Positions 1 to 7,495 of a DNA stretch of 7,677 bases are shown piece by piece. The translations under genes were made by a program, and so were the position numbers. This DNA is from Candidatus Heimdallarchaeota archaeon (lineage in GTDB: Archaea > Asgardarchaeota > Heimdallarchaeia > JABLTI01), in contig JAUWKS010000102.1 in NCBI GenBank assembly GCA_030614005.1, positions 1 to 7,677 of the forward strand. Reading direction: 5' to 3'. The notes under the pieces were generated by a model. That model saw nothing but the letters and a program-made list of their open reading frames with translations, searched no databases and had not been told where the DNA came from. The stretch's first letter is position 1. Each line of letters begins with the position of its first letter.

Positions 1-73
1 TTCTTTGATGACCATACCTAGGACTATCACTAATTGAATCCAGATTTGATTATATACAATAGTAGAACTTTTA

Positions 74-526
74 CTATCTCTTAGGCTTGCGTTTAATTAT
101 CATCATTTTTTTAAGATCATCAAGTAATGATGAATCAGTTATTGTAAAAAACATCCATCTTCCGTCATGCAATTGTTTAGTTGAATCGAATTTACTTAAT
201 ACAAAATCACTGAACTCATGTCTCATTGTTTGGAATTTTTCAACTTCTTTTTTACCAAAAATAATCTGTATTGTAAAGCTATCTTTTTGTGGGTAGAGTG
301 CACACCAAGTTCTATTGCTTTTCCTGAATTGAATTAACCAACCATAATTCTTACCCCAATATTTTTTCTCTTGTGTGAAATCATAATTTTCACCTAAAAA
401 AGAAGTAAATACCAACCAGGGTTTTTTTGCTTCACCGATAAAATCCAAAATGAAATCATCTGAAGGCTCTTCTTTTGTAAAAATTCTATTAGGTTTTTCA
501 TCATCAGTCAAAAATGCTTCACTCAC
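74..526 (-). CDS. DUF3788 family protein (function unknown), GTG start
   Basis: 150 aa with the pattern I recognise for DUF3788: YWGKNYGWLIQFRK..RTWCALYP...F.IQIIFGKKE, HDGRWMFFTI, and C-terminal IIKRKP. Tandem stops TAG TAA. Family assigned by recall, not by HMM. Confidence 0.82.
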   Translation of the reverse strand: MSEAFLTDDEKPNRIFTKEEPSDDFILDFIGEAKKPWLVFTSFLGENYDFTQEKKYWGKNYGWLIQFRKSNRTWCALYPQKDSFTIQIIFGKKEVEKFQTMRHEFSDFVLSKFDSTKQLHDGRWMFFTITDSSLLDDLKKMMIIKRKPKR

Positions 527-545
527 TTTTACAAGTATATGTAAA

Positions 546-560
546 CTATAAAATTTTTTG
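546..560 (-). promoter_or_regulatory. Putative archaeal BRE/TATA box for the DUF3788 gene
   Basis: Minus strand reads CAAAAAATTTTATAG, with TTTATA about 24 nt upstream of the GTG at 526, the spacing expected for a leaderless transcript. Confidence 0.5.
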
Positions 561-810
561 ATGAGTAAAAATTGGAAGCTAGTGAGCGATGCAGAATTAA
601 TTCGGAAATAAATTGCAACTTATATTCATAAGATACTGGATAATTGAATAAATAAAACAAAAATTGTATCGTAAATCCAGATAATGGTTGGCTATCTCAG
701 TAATTAATTATTTTAAGAGGAAATTTCCCTTATCACATCGGAAGATATTTTACTATAATAGAGTTACTTGTTGAATAAATAAAAAGAAAAAATCGGTTTG
801 TTGAATTGTT

Positions 811-2151
811 ATGACCTCTAATATAGATAGAAAAAAGTTAATTGATCTTTTAGGCAAGCTTGTTAGTTTTGACACAGTAAATGATATTCACAAAGGAAAG
901 AAACTAACAAAAGATTGCCCGGATTTTATTGTTAATTACCTTGAAGAAAAAGGTGTAAAAGCAAACATTTTCGAAGACGACGGTTATTACTCCGTGCATG
1001 GTACAATAGGCACAGGAAAATTCCACCTACTACTTATGGCTCATTTTGATGTCGTTCCAGTAGGAGATGGATGGGACACTGACCCCTTTGAAATGACCAT
1101 AAAAGACGATGGACTTGCCTATGGAAGAGGTGTTATTGATAACAAGAATAATGTTGCATCAATAATGACTATATTACCCGAAATACAAAAGTTAGATCTG
1201 GAAGGTTTAGCAGTTTGTTTTGAATTATCAGGTGATGAAGAAATTGGTGGTGTTCACAGTGCAGGAAAATACCTGGAAAAATTCGGTCGAATGCCGGATG
1301 CAGTGATGAATCTTGATAGTGCTGGAACAGTTATTATTTCGAGAAGAAGGAATGCTATGGGAACAACAGTTACAATACCAAAGAAAAAAACTAAGACAAA
1401 AGGTATTCTTACAAAGAAAACATTTGCTACTGATCAATGGGGGCGACATTCTGCCTATCAGCATCCAGGTGCTGACGTCCATGCAATGATTTTAGCATCT
1501 AGAGAAGTATCGTTTAATGATTGGAGAGTAGCTAAATGTGATGGGAAATTCATAAAAGGAAATGTTGTACCAGATGAAATCTCTCTTGAAATAATCAAAC
1601 CATCATCTGAATCCGATGCCGAAGAATACGAATACGATGAAGGATTGACTGCTCTGTTTGAGAATTTACGTTTCCTTATACGAACACAATTTCCAACAGA
1701 ATTCTCTACGTATGGTATAACAATCGGTCCAAATTTTCTTACAGACCAAGATGATGCCTGGGAACTTTCACTTGATATCAGAGCTATGACTCAAGAATAT
1801 GAAAAAGTAGAAGCCGCTTTAAGAGAAATGTGTAATGAACTATTCGGTGAAAAACAATACCAATTGAATTTCAAACCAGGGCAAGGAATGGTCAACACAC
1901 CAAAAGATGCTATGATAATTAAAATAGTAATGGAGTTATCAAAGAAATATGAATATCCGGCAAAAATAGTTGAAATGGGCGGAGCATCTGATGCACGCTA
2001 TTTCTCAAGAGAAAGCATACCTACATTCGATTTCGGACCAATTGGTGGTGGTGTTCATGCGAAAAACGAATGGCTAAACATAGATTCTTTTGCTAAAGTA
2101 ACTGATTTCTATTTAGATGTTGTAAAAGAAGTACTTTTACATACTAAGTAA
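811..2151 (+). CDS. M20 family metallopeptidase/amidohydrolase (ArgE/DapE/PepV superfamily)
   Basis: Metal-ligand and catalytic motifs in canonical order: MAHFDVVP, DPF, YGRGVIDNK, GDEEIGG, NLDS, GGASDARYF, FGP..GGVHAKNE. Substrate cannot be assigned from sequence. Confidence 0.93.
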   Translation: MTSNIDRKKLIDLLGKLVSFDTVNDIHKGKKLTKDCPDFIVNYLEEKGVKANIFEDDGYYSVHGTIGTGKFHLLLMAHFDVVPVGDGWDTDPFEMTIKDDGLAYGRGVIDNKNNVASIMTILPEIQKLDLEGLAVCFELSGDEEIGGVHSAGKYLEKFGRMPDAVMNLDSAGTVIISRRRNAMGTTVTIPKKKTKTKGILTKKTFATDQWGRHSAYQHPGADVHAMILASREVSFNDWRVAKCDGKFIKGNVVPDEISLEIIKPSSESDAEEYEYDEGLTALFENLRFLIRTQFPTEFSTYGITIGPNFLTDQDDAWELSLDIRAMTQEYEKVEAALREMCNELFGEKQYQLNFKPGQGMVNTPKDAMIIKIVMELSKKYEYPAKIVEMGGASDARYFSRESIPTFDFGPIGGGVHAKNEWLNIDSFAKVTDFYLDVVKEVLLHTK

Positions 2152-2172
2152 ATTAGGACAAAAATAATTGAT

Positions 2173-2177
2173 GGTGA
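2173..2177 (+). promoter_or_regulatory. Shine-Dalgarno-like GGTGA
   Basis: GGTGA lies 7 nt before ATG 2185, within the 33-nt gap after the M20 stop, which supports an operon. Confidence 0.5.
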
Positions 2178-2184
2178 ATAAGAA

Positions 2185-2520
2185 ATGACAACTTGGTCAT
2201 GGAAATGTAGAGCCTGTGGGATTGAATTTACAAACCCAATTTTTCGATTTATTCCAAAATGCCCCGAGTGTGAAGTTGAATATATACAATTAGCTTCAGC
2301 AAATGGAAGCCCATCAATAGGAGAGATGCCAATATTTGCTTTCAAAGATGAGAAGATTACTAATAAGGCAACGCGAAATTCGGTGTTATTTGCGATAGCT
2401 ACAAAAGCGAAATATATTGAGTGTTATTCTTCTGCTTTCTATGAATATCTTCAAAATGAATTTAGTGAAAAATTATCTGAGAAAAATATTGCTTTGAAAT
2501 TAGTAGAAATGGGTGACTAA
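2185..2520 (+). CDS. Hypothetical protein with N-terminal zinc ribbon (CxxC-x14-CxxC)
   Basis: WKCRACG...PKCPECE at the N-terminus, an upstream SD motif, and an exact fit between the M20 stop and the kinase stop. Confidence 0.75.
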   Translation: MTTWSWKCRACGIEFTNPIFRFIPKCPECEVEYIQLASANGSPSIGEMPIFAFKDEKITNKATRNSVLFAIATKAKYIECYSSAFYEYLQNEFSEKLSEKNIALKLVEMGD

Positions 2521-2523
2521 ATT

Positions 2524-5199
2524 TTAAGTTCCCTCTAGAGTGAAATAAAATGTTGAACCTTCGTTTATCTTACTTTCAATCCAAATTTTCCCTTTATGTT
2601 TCTCGATAATACGCTTCACAATAGCTAAACCAATACCATAACCACTATACTCATCAGACGAATGGAATCGCTGAAATGGTTTGAACAATTTATCTGTATT
2701 ACTTTCAAACCCTATCCCATTATCTTGTATATAGTAAACGGTGTTCTTCTCTTGTTTTTTTGAACCAAAAACAATCAAAGGCTTTTCAGAGTTTTTTGAA
2801 AATTTAAAAGCATTATCAAGCAAATTAAACAATAGAATTCGAATTAAACGAGGATCACATTGGACCTTAACATTTTTCTTAACCTTGAGTGTGACTTCTT
2901 TATCTGGATAAAGTACTTTGATATTCTCAAAGGTTGTCTCAGCATAAGCACTAAGGTTAACTTGTTCCAATTTTAAATCAAAGCGAGAGATCATTGACAA
3001 ATTAGTTAGCGAATCAATAAGAATATCCATCTTGGTGGTAGCTTTTCTAATTTTAGATAAATATTCTTTTGCTTCATCATCAAAAAGCGATGAATATTCT
3101 TCATTCAAGATGTGTGTTAATCCATTTATGCCTCTTAAAGGGCTTTTCAAATCATGGGAAATAGTATAAGAGAATTCTTCTAGCTCAGTGATTGTTTTTT
3201 GTAATTCTATAGTGCGCTCATCAACACGTTCTTCTAATTCTTCATTTAACACTCGTAGTTTCGCTTCACTAGCTTTCAGAGCTTGATCACCTAACATTCT
3301 CTCCAAAGCTGTTGAGAGCATACCTGTCAAGGTTTCAAATAATGATTTGTCTTCTTTAGCAAGTACTTTGTGAGTATAAGAGGCAATTATAAATGTGCCA
3401 ATTAATTCTTGTTTTGAATTAAGTAAAGGCCAAGCTATTTGTGATCTTATTTGAAGTGCTTCTAATCTTTCTTTATGTTTATCAGAAAGTGCGATTTTGT
3501 TAACATCAGGTGAATAAAAAATAGTTTTGGTTCTAGCTACATAAGCAACAAAATAATCCGGATCATTTATTGATACAGATTTTACTATTCTACTTTTTTG
3601 CCTTGCTTTTATTCCAGCATCAGCTGTTAGAACTAGTGTTTGCTCCTTCTGATCCAATAATCGAATGGTTCCAACATCAAATTCTAATGAGTTCATTATT
3701 CCAATTAGTACTGCTTTTGCTAAGCTTCGTATATCTCTTGAAAATAATGCTGCTTCTGCAACAATACGAAAAGCTTTTCGCTCTCTCCTTTGTTTTTCTT
3801 CTAAATTTTTTCTATCAGTAATATCAAATAAAATACTCCGGTAATGAGTTATTTTGCCTCTAGAATTCTTTCTAACTGATGAGAATCCAATAATCCAGAG
3901 CATTTTATTATCTTTAGTGCGAACTCTATATTCTACGTTATATTCGCTAAGGTTCCTTTTCTTACTTATTTCTCTGGCTATTTTATCAATACGTTTTGCA
4001 TCCTCTTCGGGAACAATGTCGTAATATTTGGTTTTACCAGTATAGAATTCCTCTGGCGTATAACCCCATTGATTTGCAACATTATCAGAGATGAATTCAA
4101 CAGGCCAATTAGGTTCATTGCGCCATAAAATAACTAGAGCAGAACTTGAGTTAATTATTCGATTAAGTTCCTCACGTTCCTTGTAAGCTTTCGCTAATGC
4201 TTCCTCCGTAAAAAGCTTCTCTATTGCATTTGCTAGTACTCCTGTTATCGTCTCAAAGAATCTCTTTTCTCTCTTAGAGAGAGTTTTGCTTTCACTTGAG
4301 GAAAATTGAATGGAACCAACAGGCACTTTATTTGCTCCTAATAATGGACTTGCAATACCTGATTTAATTCTAAATTGTTTAAAATTAGGATAAAATTCCT
4401 TTAGATACGTATCTTGAAAAACATCTGCTGAAGTAATTATTTTTCTATTATTTACTACATAAACCATTATATTTTTGTCATCTATCAAAGATAAATCTCT
4501 AAAATTTTTCGCTAATTCTTTTGGAAAACCAATAATACCTCGTAATTCTAGAATTGACTTGTCACTATTTAACGTTCTAATACAACCATAATCATATTTC
4601 AATATTGAACGCAAATCTCGTAGTATTTCTTTGCAGAATTTTGTAACATCCGTATATTTGCTCACTGAATCTGCAATAAGTGCAAAAACTTTGCGTTCCA
4701 TTTCACGCGTTAATTCTAATTGCTTTTTATTGGAAATGTCTCTAATAAAACTCTGTATATAGAGACCATTTCCGTCTATATCACATACCAGAATAGGATT
4801 TATTTCAGCAGTAAAAGTCTCCCCATTTTTTCTTTTATAAATGCGCTCATAAATAGGAATCTTTTTGCCAGCCCAAATGTCCTTCAACCTCTTATTGGCT
4901 TTTGCAGTCTCAGATTCAGCTATTAGTTCGGTACCATGAAGCCCCTTTAACTCTTCAATAGTATATCCAAAAAGATCTGCAGCATACTGATTGACATCCG
5001 TGTAATAACCGTTTTTGTCAACAAACAGTAATGCTTCGTTTTCAATTTCAAACAATGCCTTAAATTTAGTTTCCGATTCTTTCAATTGCTTTTCTAAAGC
5101 TTTTATACTATTTTTTAGTGAGATTATCTGTTCATTTTTATCTAAAAGTTCTTCTGATTTCTTGATAACTGAACTACCTGAAGTGGATTTCTTACTCAT
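2524..5199 (-). CDS. Cytoplasmic sensor histidine kinase, PAS-GAF-PAS-GAF-HisKA-HATPase_c (891 aa from ATG 5199)
   Basis: PAS1 about 5070-4730 (VN..AADLFGYTIEEL...RKNG...IRDIS), GAF1 about 4700-4215, PAS2 about 4160-3810 (WGYTPEEF...DITDRK), GAF2 about 3790-3295. H-box FSYTISHDLKSP (His codon 3156-3154), N-box NLLDNAFKF, G1 IQDNGIGF, F-box LFKPF, G2 GYGIGLAIVKRI. No hydrophobic TM stretch. ATG 5199 is preferred over the track's TTG 5211 because GGTGAG lies just upstream of it. Confidence 0.95.
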   Translation of the reverse strand: MSKKSTSGSSVIKKSEELLDKNEQIISLKNSIKALEKQLKESETKFKALFEIENEALLFVDKNGYYTDVNQYAADLFGYTIEELKGLHGTELIAESETAKANKRLKDIWAGKKIPIYERIYKRKNGETFTAEINPILVCDIDGNGLYIQSFIRDISNKKQLELTREMERKVFALIADSVSKYTDVTKFCKEILRDLRSILKYDYGCIRTLNSDKSILELRGIIGFPKELAKNFRDLSLIDDKNIMVYVVNNRKIITSADVFQDTYLKEFYPNFKQFRIKSGIASPLLGANKVPVGSIQFSSSESKTLSKREKRFFETITGVLANAIEKLFTEEALAKAYKEREELNRIINSSSALVILWRNEPNWPVEFISDNVANQWGYTPEEFYTGKTKYYDIVPEEDAKRIDKIAREISKKRNLSEYNVEYRVRTKDNKMLWIIGFSSVRKNSRGKITHYRSILFDITDRKNLEEKQRRERKAFRIVAEAALFSRDIRSLAKAVLIGIMNSLEFDVGTIRLLDQKEQTLVLTADAGIKARQKSRIVKSVSINDPDYFVAYVARTKTIFYSPDVNKIALSDKHKERLEALQIRSQIAWPLLNSKQELIGTFIIASYTHKVLAKEDKSLFETLTGMLSTALERMLGDQALKASEAKLRVLNEELEERVDERTIELQKTITELEEFSYTISHDLKSPLRGINGLTHILNEEYSSLFDDEAKEYLSKIRKATTKMDILIDSLTNLSMISRFDLKLEQVNLSAYAETTFENIKVLYPDKEVTLKVKKNVKVQCDPRLIRILLFNLLDNAFKFSKNSEKPLIVFGSKKQEKNTVYYIQDNGIGFESNTDKLFKPFQRFHSSDEYSGYGIGLAIVKRIIEKHKGKIWIESKINEGSTFYFTLEGT

Positions 5200-5203
5200 A
5201 TAA

Positions 5204-5209
5204 CTCACC
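5204..5209 (-). promoter_or_regulatory. Shine-Dalgarno-like GGTGAG for the kinase
   Basis: Minus strand reads ttGGTGAGttatATG. Confidence 0.55.
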
Positions 5210-5230
5210 AATCAATATTAATCTCAATTA

Positions 5231-5240
5231 ATCGACATAA
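5231..5240 (-). repeat. 10-bp motif TTATGTCGAT, copy 1 (copy 2 at 6942-6951)
   Basis: Exact ATCGACATAA on the + strand at both positions, each upstream of a minus-strand gene. Confidence 0.6.
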
Positions 5241-5441
5241 ATTAATTTTGTTAAAATAGGGTTGAAACCTAAATAAAGTAGTCGCTTAATAAAAAGATGC
5301 CTAATTATCCTTTTCCGATAAATTATAAATGATTAATTAAGCCATTGCAAATCTTTTCTGAGCAACTGCAAGTAATGAATGGTTGGATTTAGAAGCCTTC
5401 GATAAATTACCAAACTTCTATAATACTGTAGTATTTATTTT

Positions 5442-5460
5442 AAAAAAGAAAATAAAAAAA
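5442..5460 (-). terminator. Putative archaeal oligo-U terminator after the phosphoesterase gene
   Basis: Minus strand reads TTTTTTTATTTTCTTTTTT starting about 26 nt after the stop at 5487. Confidence 0.5.
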
Positions 5461-5486
5461 TAGGTAAAAGGAATAAATTGTGTGAT

Positions 5487-6932
5487 TTATTCCACTACGA
5501 TAAAAGTTTGCAAGATTGTATATTCGGGAGTTCGAAAAGTTATAGTTGCGATAGTACCGTTAATTTCAACGTCCAAATATCCATGTTGCCCAGTAAGATA
5601 CCATAACGAGCCAGTACCTTCTTGACCCACTGTTTTATTGTGATAATCAGGATCCATATGCCCACCGAATGCGCCAATAATATTGTAAACAATACCAGAA
5701 TTATTCAGAGTTTCCATATGATGATTGTGACCAGAAAATACCAAGTCTACATCGTGTTCAATGAAGAGATCCTCAAATTCGGTAATCATTGCTTCATTAT
5801 CCCACCATTGTTCTCCGTCAACAAAATATCCAGACGAGTAATACATTGCATGATTCATAACTAAAATCCAATCATCATCTGATAAGGGTGATAATTCACT
5901 CTCAAACCATTTCTGTTGGGCTCTTGTGTAAGTTTCAGTTCCCCATTCTAAATCCAAAACAAAAACATGTATGCCATTAAGATTGATGTGGAAATAATCT
6001 CGGGGGGTGTCAGGCAAGAGTTCAGGGGAAAAATAATCGCGCCAAAATGTTTTCCCTCCAAAGAAGGTATCATGATTGCCGATCACTGGGCGATAAGGAA
6101 TTGAAGACACATACGGGGACATATAGTCCATCGCTTCTTTGTAATGACCATCAAACATTCCATATTCAACCATGTCACCTAAATTAAAGAGGATGTCATA
6201 CTTGTGAGCAATAATATTCTCAAGTATTCCTTGTGTGGCAGTACGATTGACATCATCAGCACCAAAGTGTAAATCAGAAGATATAGCAAAGCGAGCGTAA
6301 TTAGGGGTATTAACAGGAGTAGTGAAATTATACATAATACCCTCATTGATCTTGTAGAAATAGGTCGTATTTGGTTCCAATATATCTAGCAGAAAACCAT
6401 GAGTTTTAGATGCTCTAGATTCAACTTTTTCAGGCAATTCCAGTGAAGGTGTGAGACCCCAGTAGAGAGTTTTAGTCGTTCTGTCATGAGTATAAAAGGA
6501 AACAGCCATGTTGGGAACATTGTTGGCTCCAACACCATCCAATATTAATAGTTGGGGCGCTTTATCCCCTACTGCACGCTGGAGAGGTATAGTTCCAAAA
6601 TATCCCCAACCACCCATAGATATAACCAATCCCAATGTCAAGAAAACAGTCATCACAATGGAGGGTAATCTCTTTATTTCTGCTTTTTTAACAGATGCAA
6701 CAAAGAAATCAACTAGAATAAGTACAAAGAGTAACACATCAAATAAGATAATGTAAATAACATATTCCCTAACCCAATCGGCCCACATTATCAATCCTTT
6801 AAATCCTGGGATTGAAAAAATGAATATGATAAACCCAGTGTATAAAACGATTGGTATAATTAGCAAACACAATCTGAAAATGAGTTGCTTGGTCGTAAGG
6901 TTTTTGAAATAGGTTTTAACTTTTAGGAACAT
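5487..6932 (-). CDS. Membrane-anchored calcineurin-like metallophosphoesterase with FN3-like domain (purple-acid-phosphatase-like architecture)
   Basis: Three N-terminal hydrophobic helices, an FN3-like segment (MAVSFYT...YWG...HGFLLDILEPNTTYFYKI), then the five metallophosphoesterase motifs SDLH, LGDMV, GNHD, VMNH and SGHNH. Confidence 0.92.
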   Translation of the reverse strand: MFLKVKTYFKNLTTKQLIFRLCLLIIPIVLYTGFIIFIFSIPGFKGLIMWADWVREYVIYIILFDVLLFVLILVDFFVASVKKAEIKRLPSIVMTVFLTLGLVISMGGWGYFGTIPLQRAVGDKAPQLLILDGVGANNVPNMAVSFYTHDRTTKTLYWGLTPSLELPEKVESRASKTHGFLLDILEPNTTYFYKINEGIMYNFTTPVNTPNYARFAISSDLHFGADDVNRTATQGILENIIAHKYDILFNLGDMVEYGMFDGHYKEAMDYMSPYVSSIPYRPVIGNHDTFFGGKTFWRDYFSPELLPDTPRDYFHINLNGIHVFVLDLEWGTETYTRAQQKWFESELSPLSDDDWILVMNHAMYYSSGYFVDGEQWWDNEAMITEFEDLFIEHDVDLVFSGHNHHMETLNNSGIVYNIIGAFGGHMDPDYHNKTVGQEGTGSLWYLTGQHGYLDVEINGTIATITFRTPEYTILQTFIVVE

Positions 6933-6941
6933 AACTAGTGT

Positions 6942-6951
6942 ATCGACATAA
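6942..6951 (-). repeat. 10-bp motif TTATGTCGAT, copy 2 (copy 1 at 5231-5240)
   Basis: Lies between the putative TATA box and ATG 6932. Confidence 0.6.
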
Positions 6952-6970
6952 TATTATAAAAAAATATTAT
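6948..6970 (-). promoter_or_regulatory. Putative TATA box of the phosphoesterase gene inside an 8-7-8 inverted repeat
   Basis: Minus-strand TTTTATAA at 6961-6954, about 22-29 nt upstream of ATG 6932 (leaderless spacing), flanked by ATAATATT (6948-6955) and AATATTAT (6963-6970). Confidence 0.5.
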
Positions 6971-7040
6971 CCATAATCACCCAGTTGCTCCTGAAGAAAG
7001 TCCAAAGAAATCCACTTAGATTGTTTGTAAATAAAATATT

Positions 7041-7056
7041 AAGAAATCTTTAAAAT
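7041..7056 (+). promoter_or_regulatory. Putative BRE/TATA box for tRNA-Leu
   Basis: AAGAAATC-TTTAAAAT, with the TATA-like element about 30 nt upstream of the mature tRNA 5' end. Confidence 0.45.
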
Positions 7057-7082
7057 AAAAAGAAAAAAGAAAGCAATAATAA

Positions 7083-7170
7083 GCGGGGGTAGCCCAGCTA
7101 GGCCAAAGGCGTAAGGTTCAGATCCTTATCTCGTAGGAGTTCGCGCGTTCAAATCGCGTCCCCCGCACCA
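7083..7170 (+). tRNA. tRNA-Leu-CAG: tRNA-Leu(CAG), archaeal type, class II, CCA encoded, no intron
   Basis: Folded by hand: acceptor GCGGGGG/CCCCCGC, discriminator A7167 plus CCA. Anticodon stem TAAGG/CCTTA, loop TT-CAG-AT (anticodon 7119-7121). Variable arm CTC-GTAG-GAG. T arm GCGCG-TTCAAAT-CGCGT. Confidence 0.97.
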
Positions 7171-7177
7171 ATACTCA

Positions 7178-7495
7178 TTATTTTTCTTCGTTTAGTTCCA
7201 AACCAAATTTTGTTGATTTTCTTTTTCCTAACCAAAAAACTCTTCTAAAATTGGCTTCTTTGACAATTTGAGCGCCAGTCTCTTGTACTTTTTCCTTCAT
7301 ATATTTGAGTGCTTTTCCACCTGAGAAACGTGCAGTAGTAAATATAATGGTCTTCTTTCCCGAAAGATTTGGTACTTTTCTAACAATTTCATTAAAAGCA
7401 TTTGCAGGTTTATCACCATAAGTTGGCATACCAATAATGACTAACTCGTAATCTTTTGCATCTAGAAGTTTCAATTCTTCTTCATGGAAGAAGAA
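7178..7495 (-). pseudogene. 5'-truncated flavodoxin-like (FMN-binding fold) gene
   Basis: DYELVIIGMPTYG...LSGKKTIIFTT..FSGGKALKYMKEKVQETGAQIV matches the flavodoxin beta3-beta5 region. The N-terminal S/T-x-T-G-N-T phosphate loop is absent, and the upstream part of ORF 7178..7639 is the antisense of trpS. Confidence 0.75.

Noticed and set aside
1-15. Possible start of a minus-strand gene (MVIKE...) running off the window edge
   Set aside because: Only five codons are visible, and the plus-strand reading FFDDHT* is equally possible.
561-611. 16-aa ORF MSKNWKLVSDAELIRK in the divergent intergenic region, containing the palindrome GAATTAATTC (594-603)
   Set aside because: No SD or clear promoter, ORFs this short are expected by chance, and it is too far from the M20 start to argue for a leader peptide.
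2524-5199. Kinase as a phytochrome or LOV photoreceptor
   Set aside because: No GRNCRFLQ LOV motif, no DIP or Cys-His bilin-binding motifs, and no PHY domain.
5422-5435. Small palindrome AATACT-GT-AGTATT, plus several AATTAATT palindromes in intergenic DNA
   Set aside because: Short and AT-rich, expected by chance at this base composition.
87-6756. Short ORFs 87..296, 1228..1482, 2109..2345, 3570..3821, 4720..4926, 5015..5203, 5622..5864 and 6508..6756
   Set aside because: All are antisense to well-supported genes and show no recognisable motifs.
5487-6932. Apparently higher GC in the phosphoesterase than in the kinase, as a sign of horizontal transfer
   Set aside because: Sampled stretches of the M20 gene are similarly GC-richer, and amino-acid composition (Gly/Pro/Trp versus Lys/Ile) explains the difference.
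7117-7123. TCA in the anticodon loop read as a Sec or opal-suppressor anticodon
   Set aside because: The only stable stem (TAAGG/CCTTA) centres CAG, and the acceptor stem, A73 and variable arm are Leu-type.
7457-7465. In-frame Cys (7457) 22 codons before the TrpRS C-x6-C-x2-C, suggesting TAG read-through
   Set aside because: Another stop follows upstream at 7442-7444, there is no TrpRS-like sequence beyond it, and the region clearly codes flavodoxin on the other strand. Coincidence.
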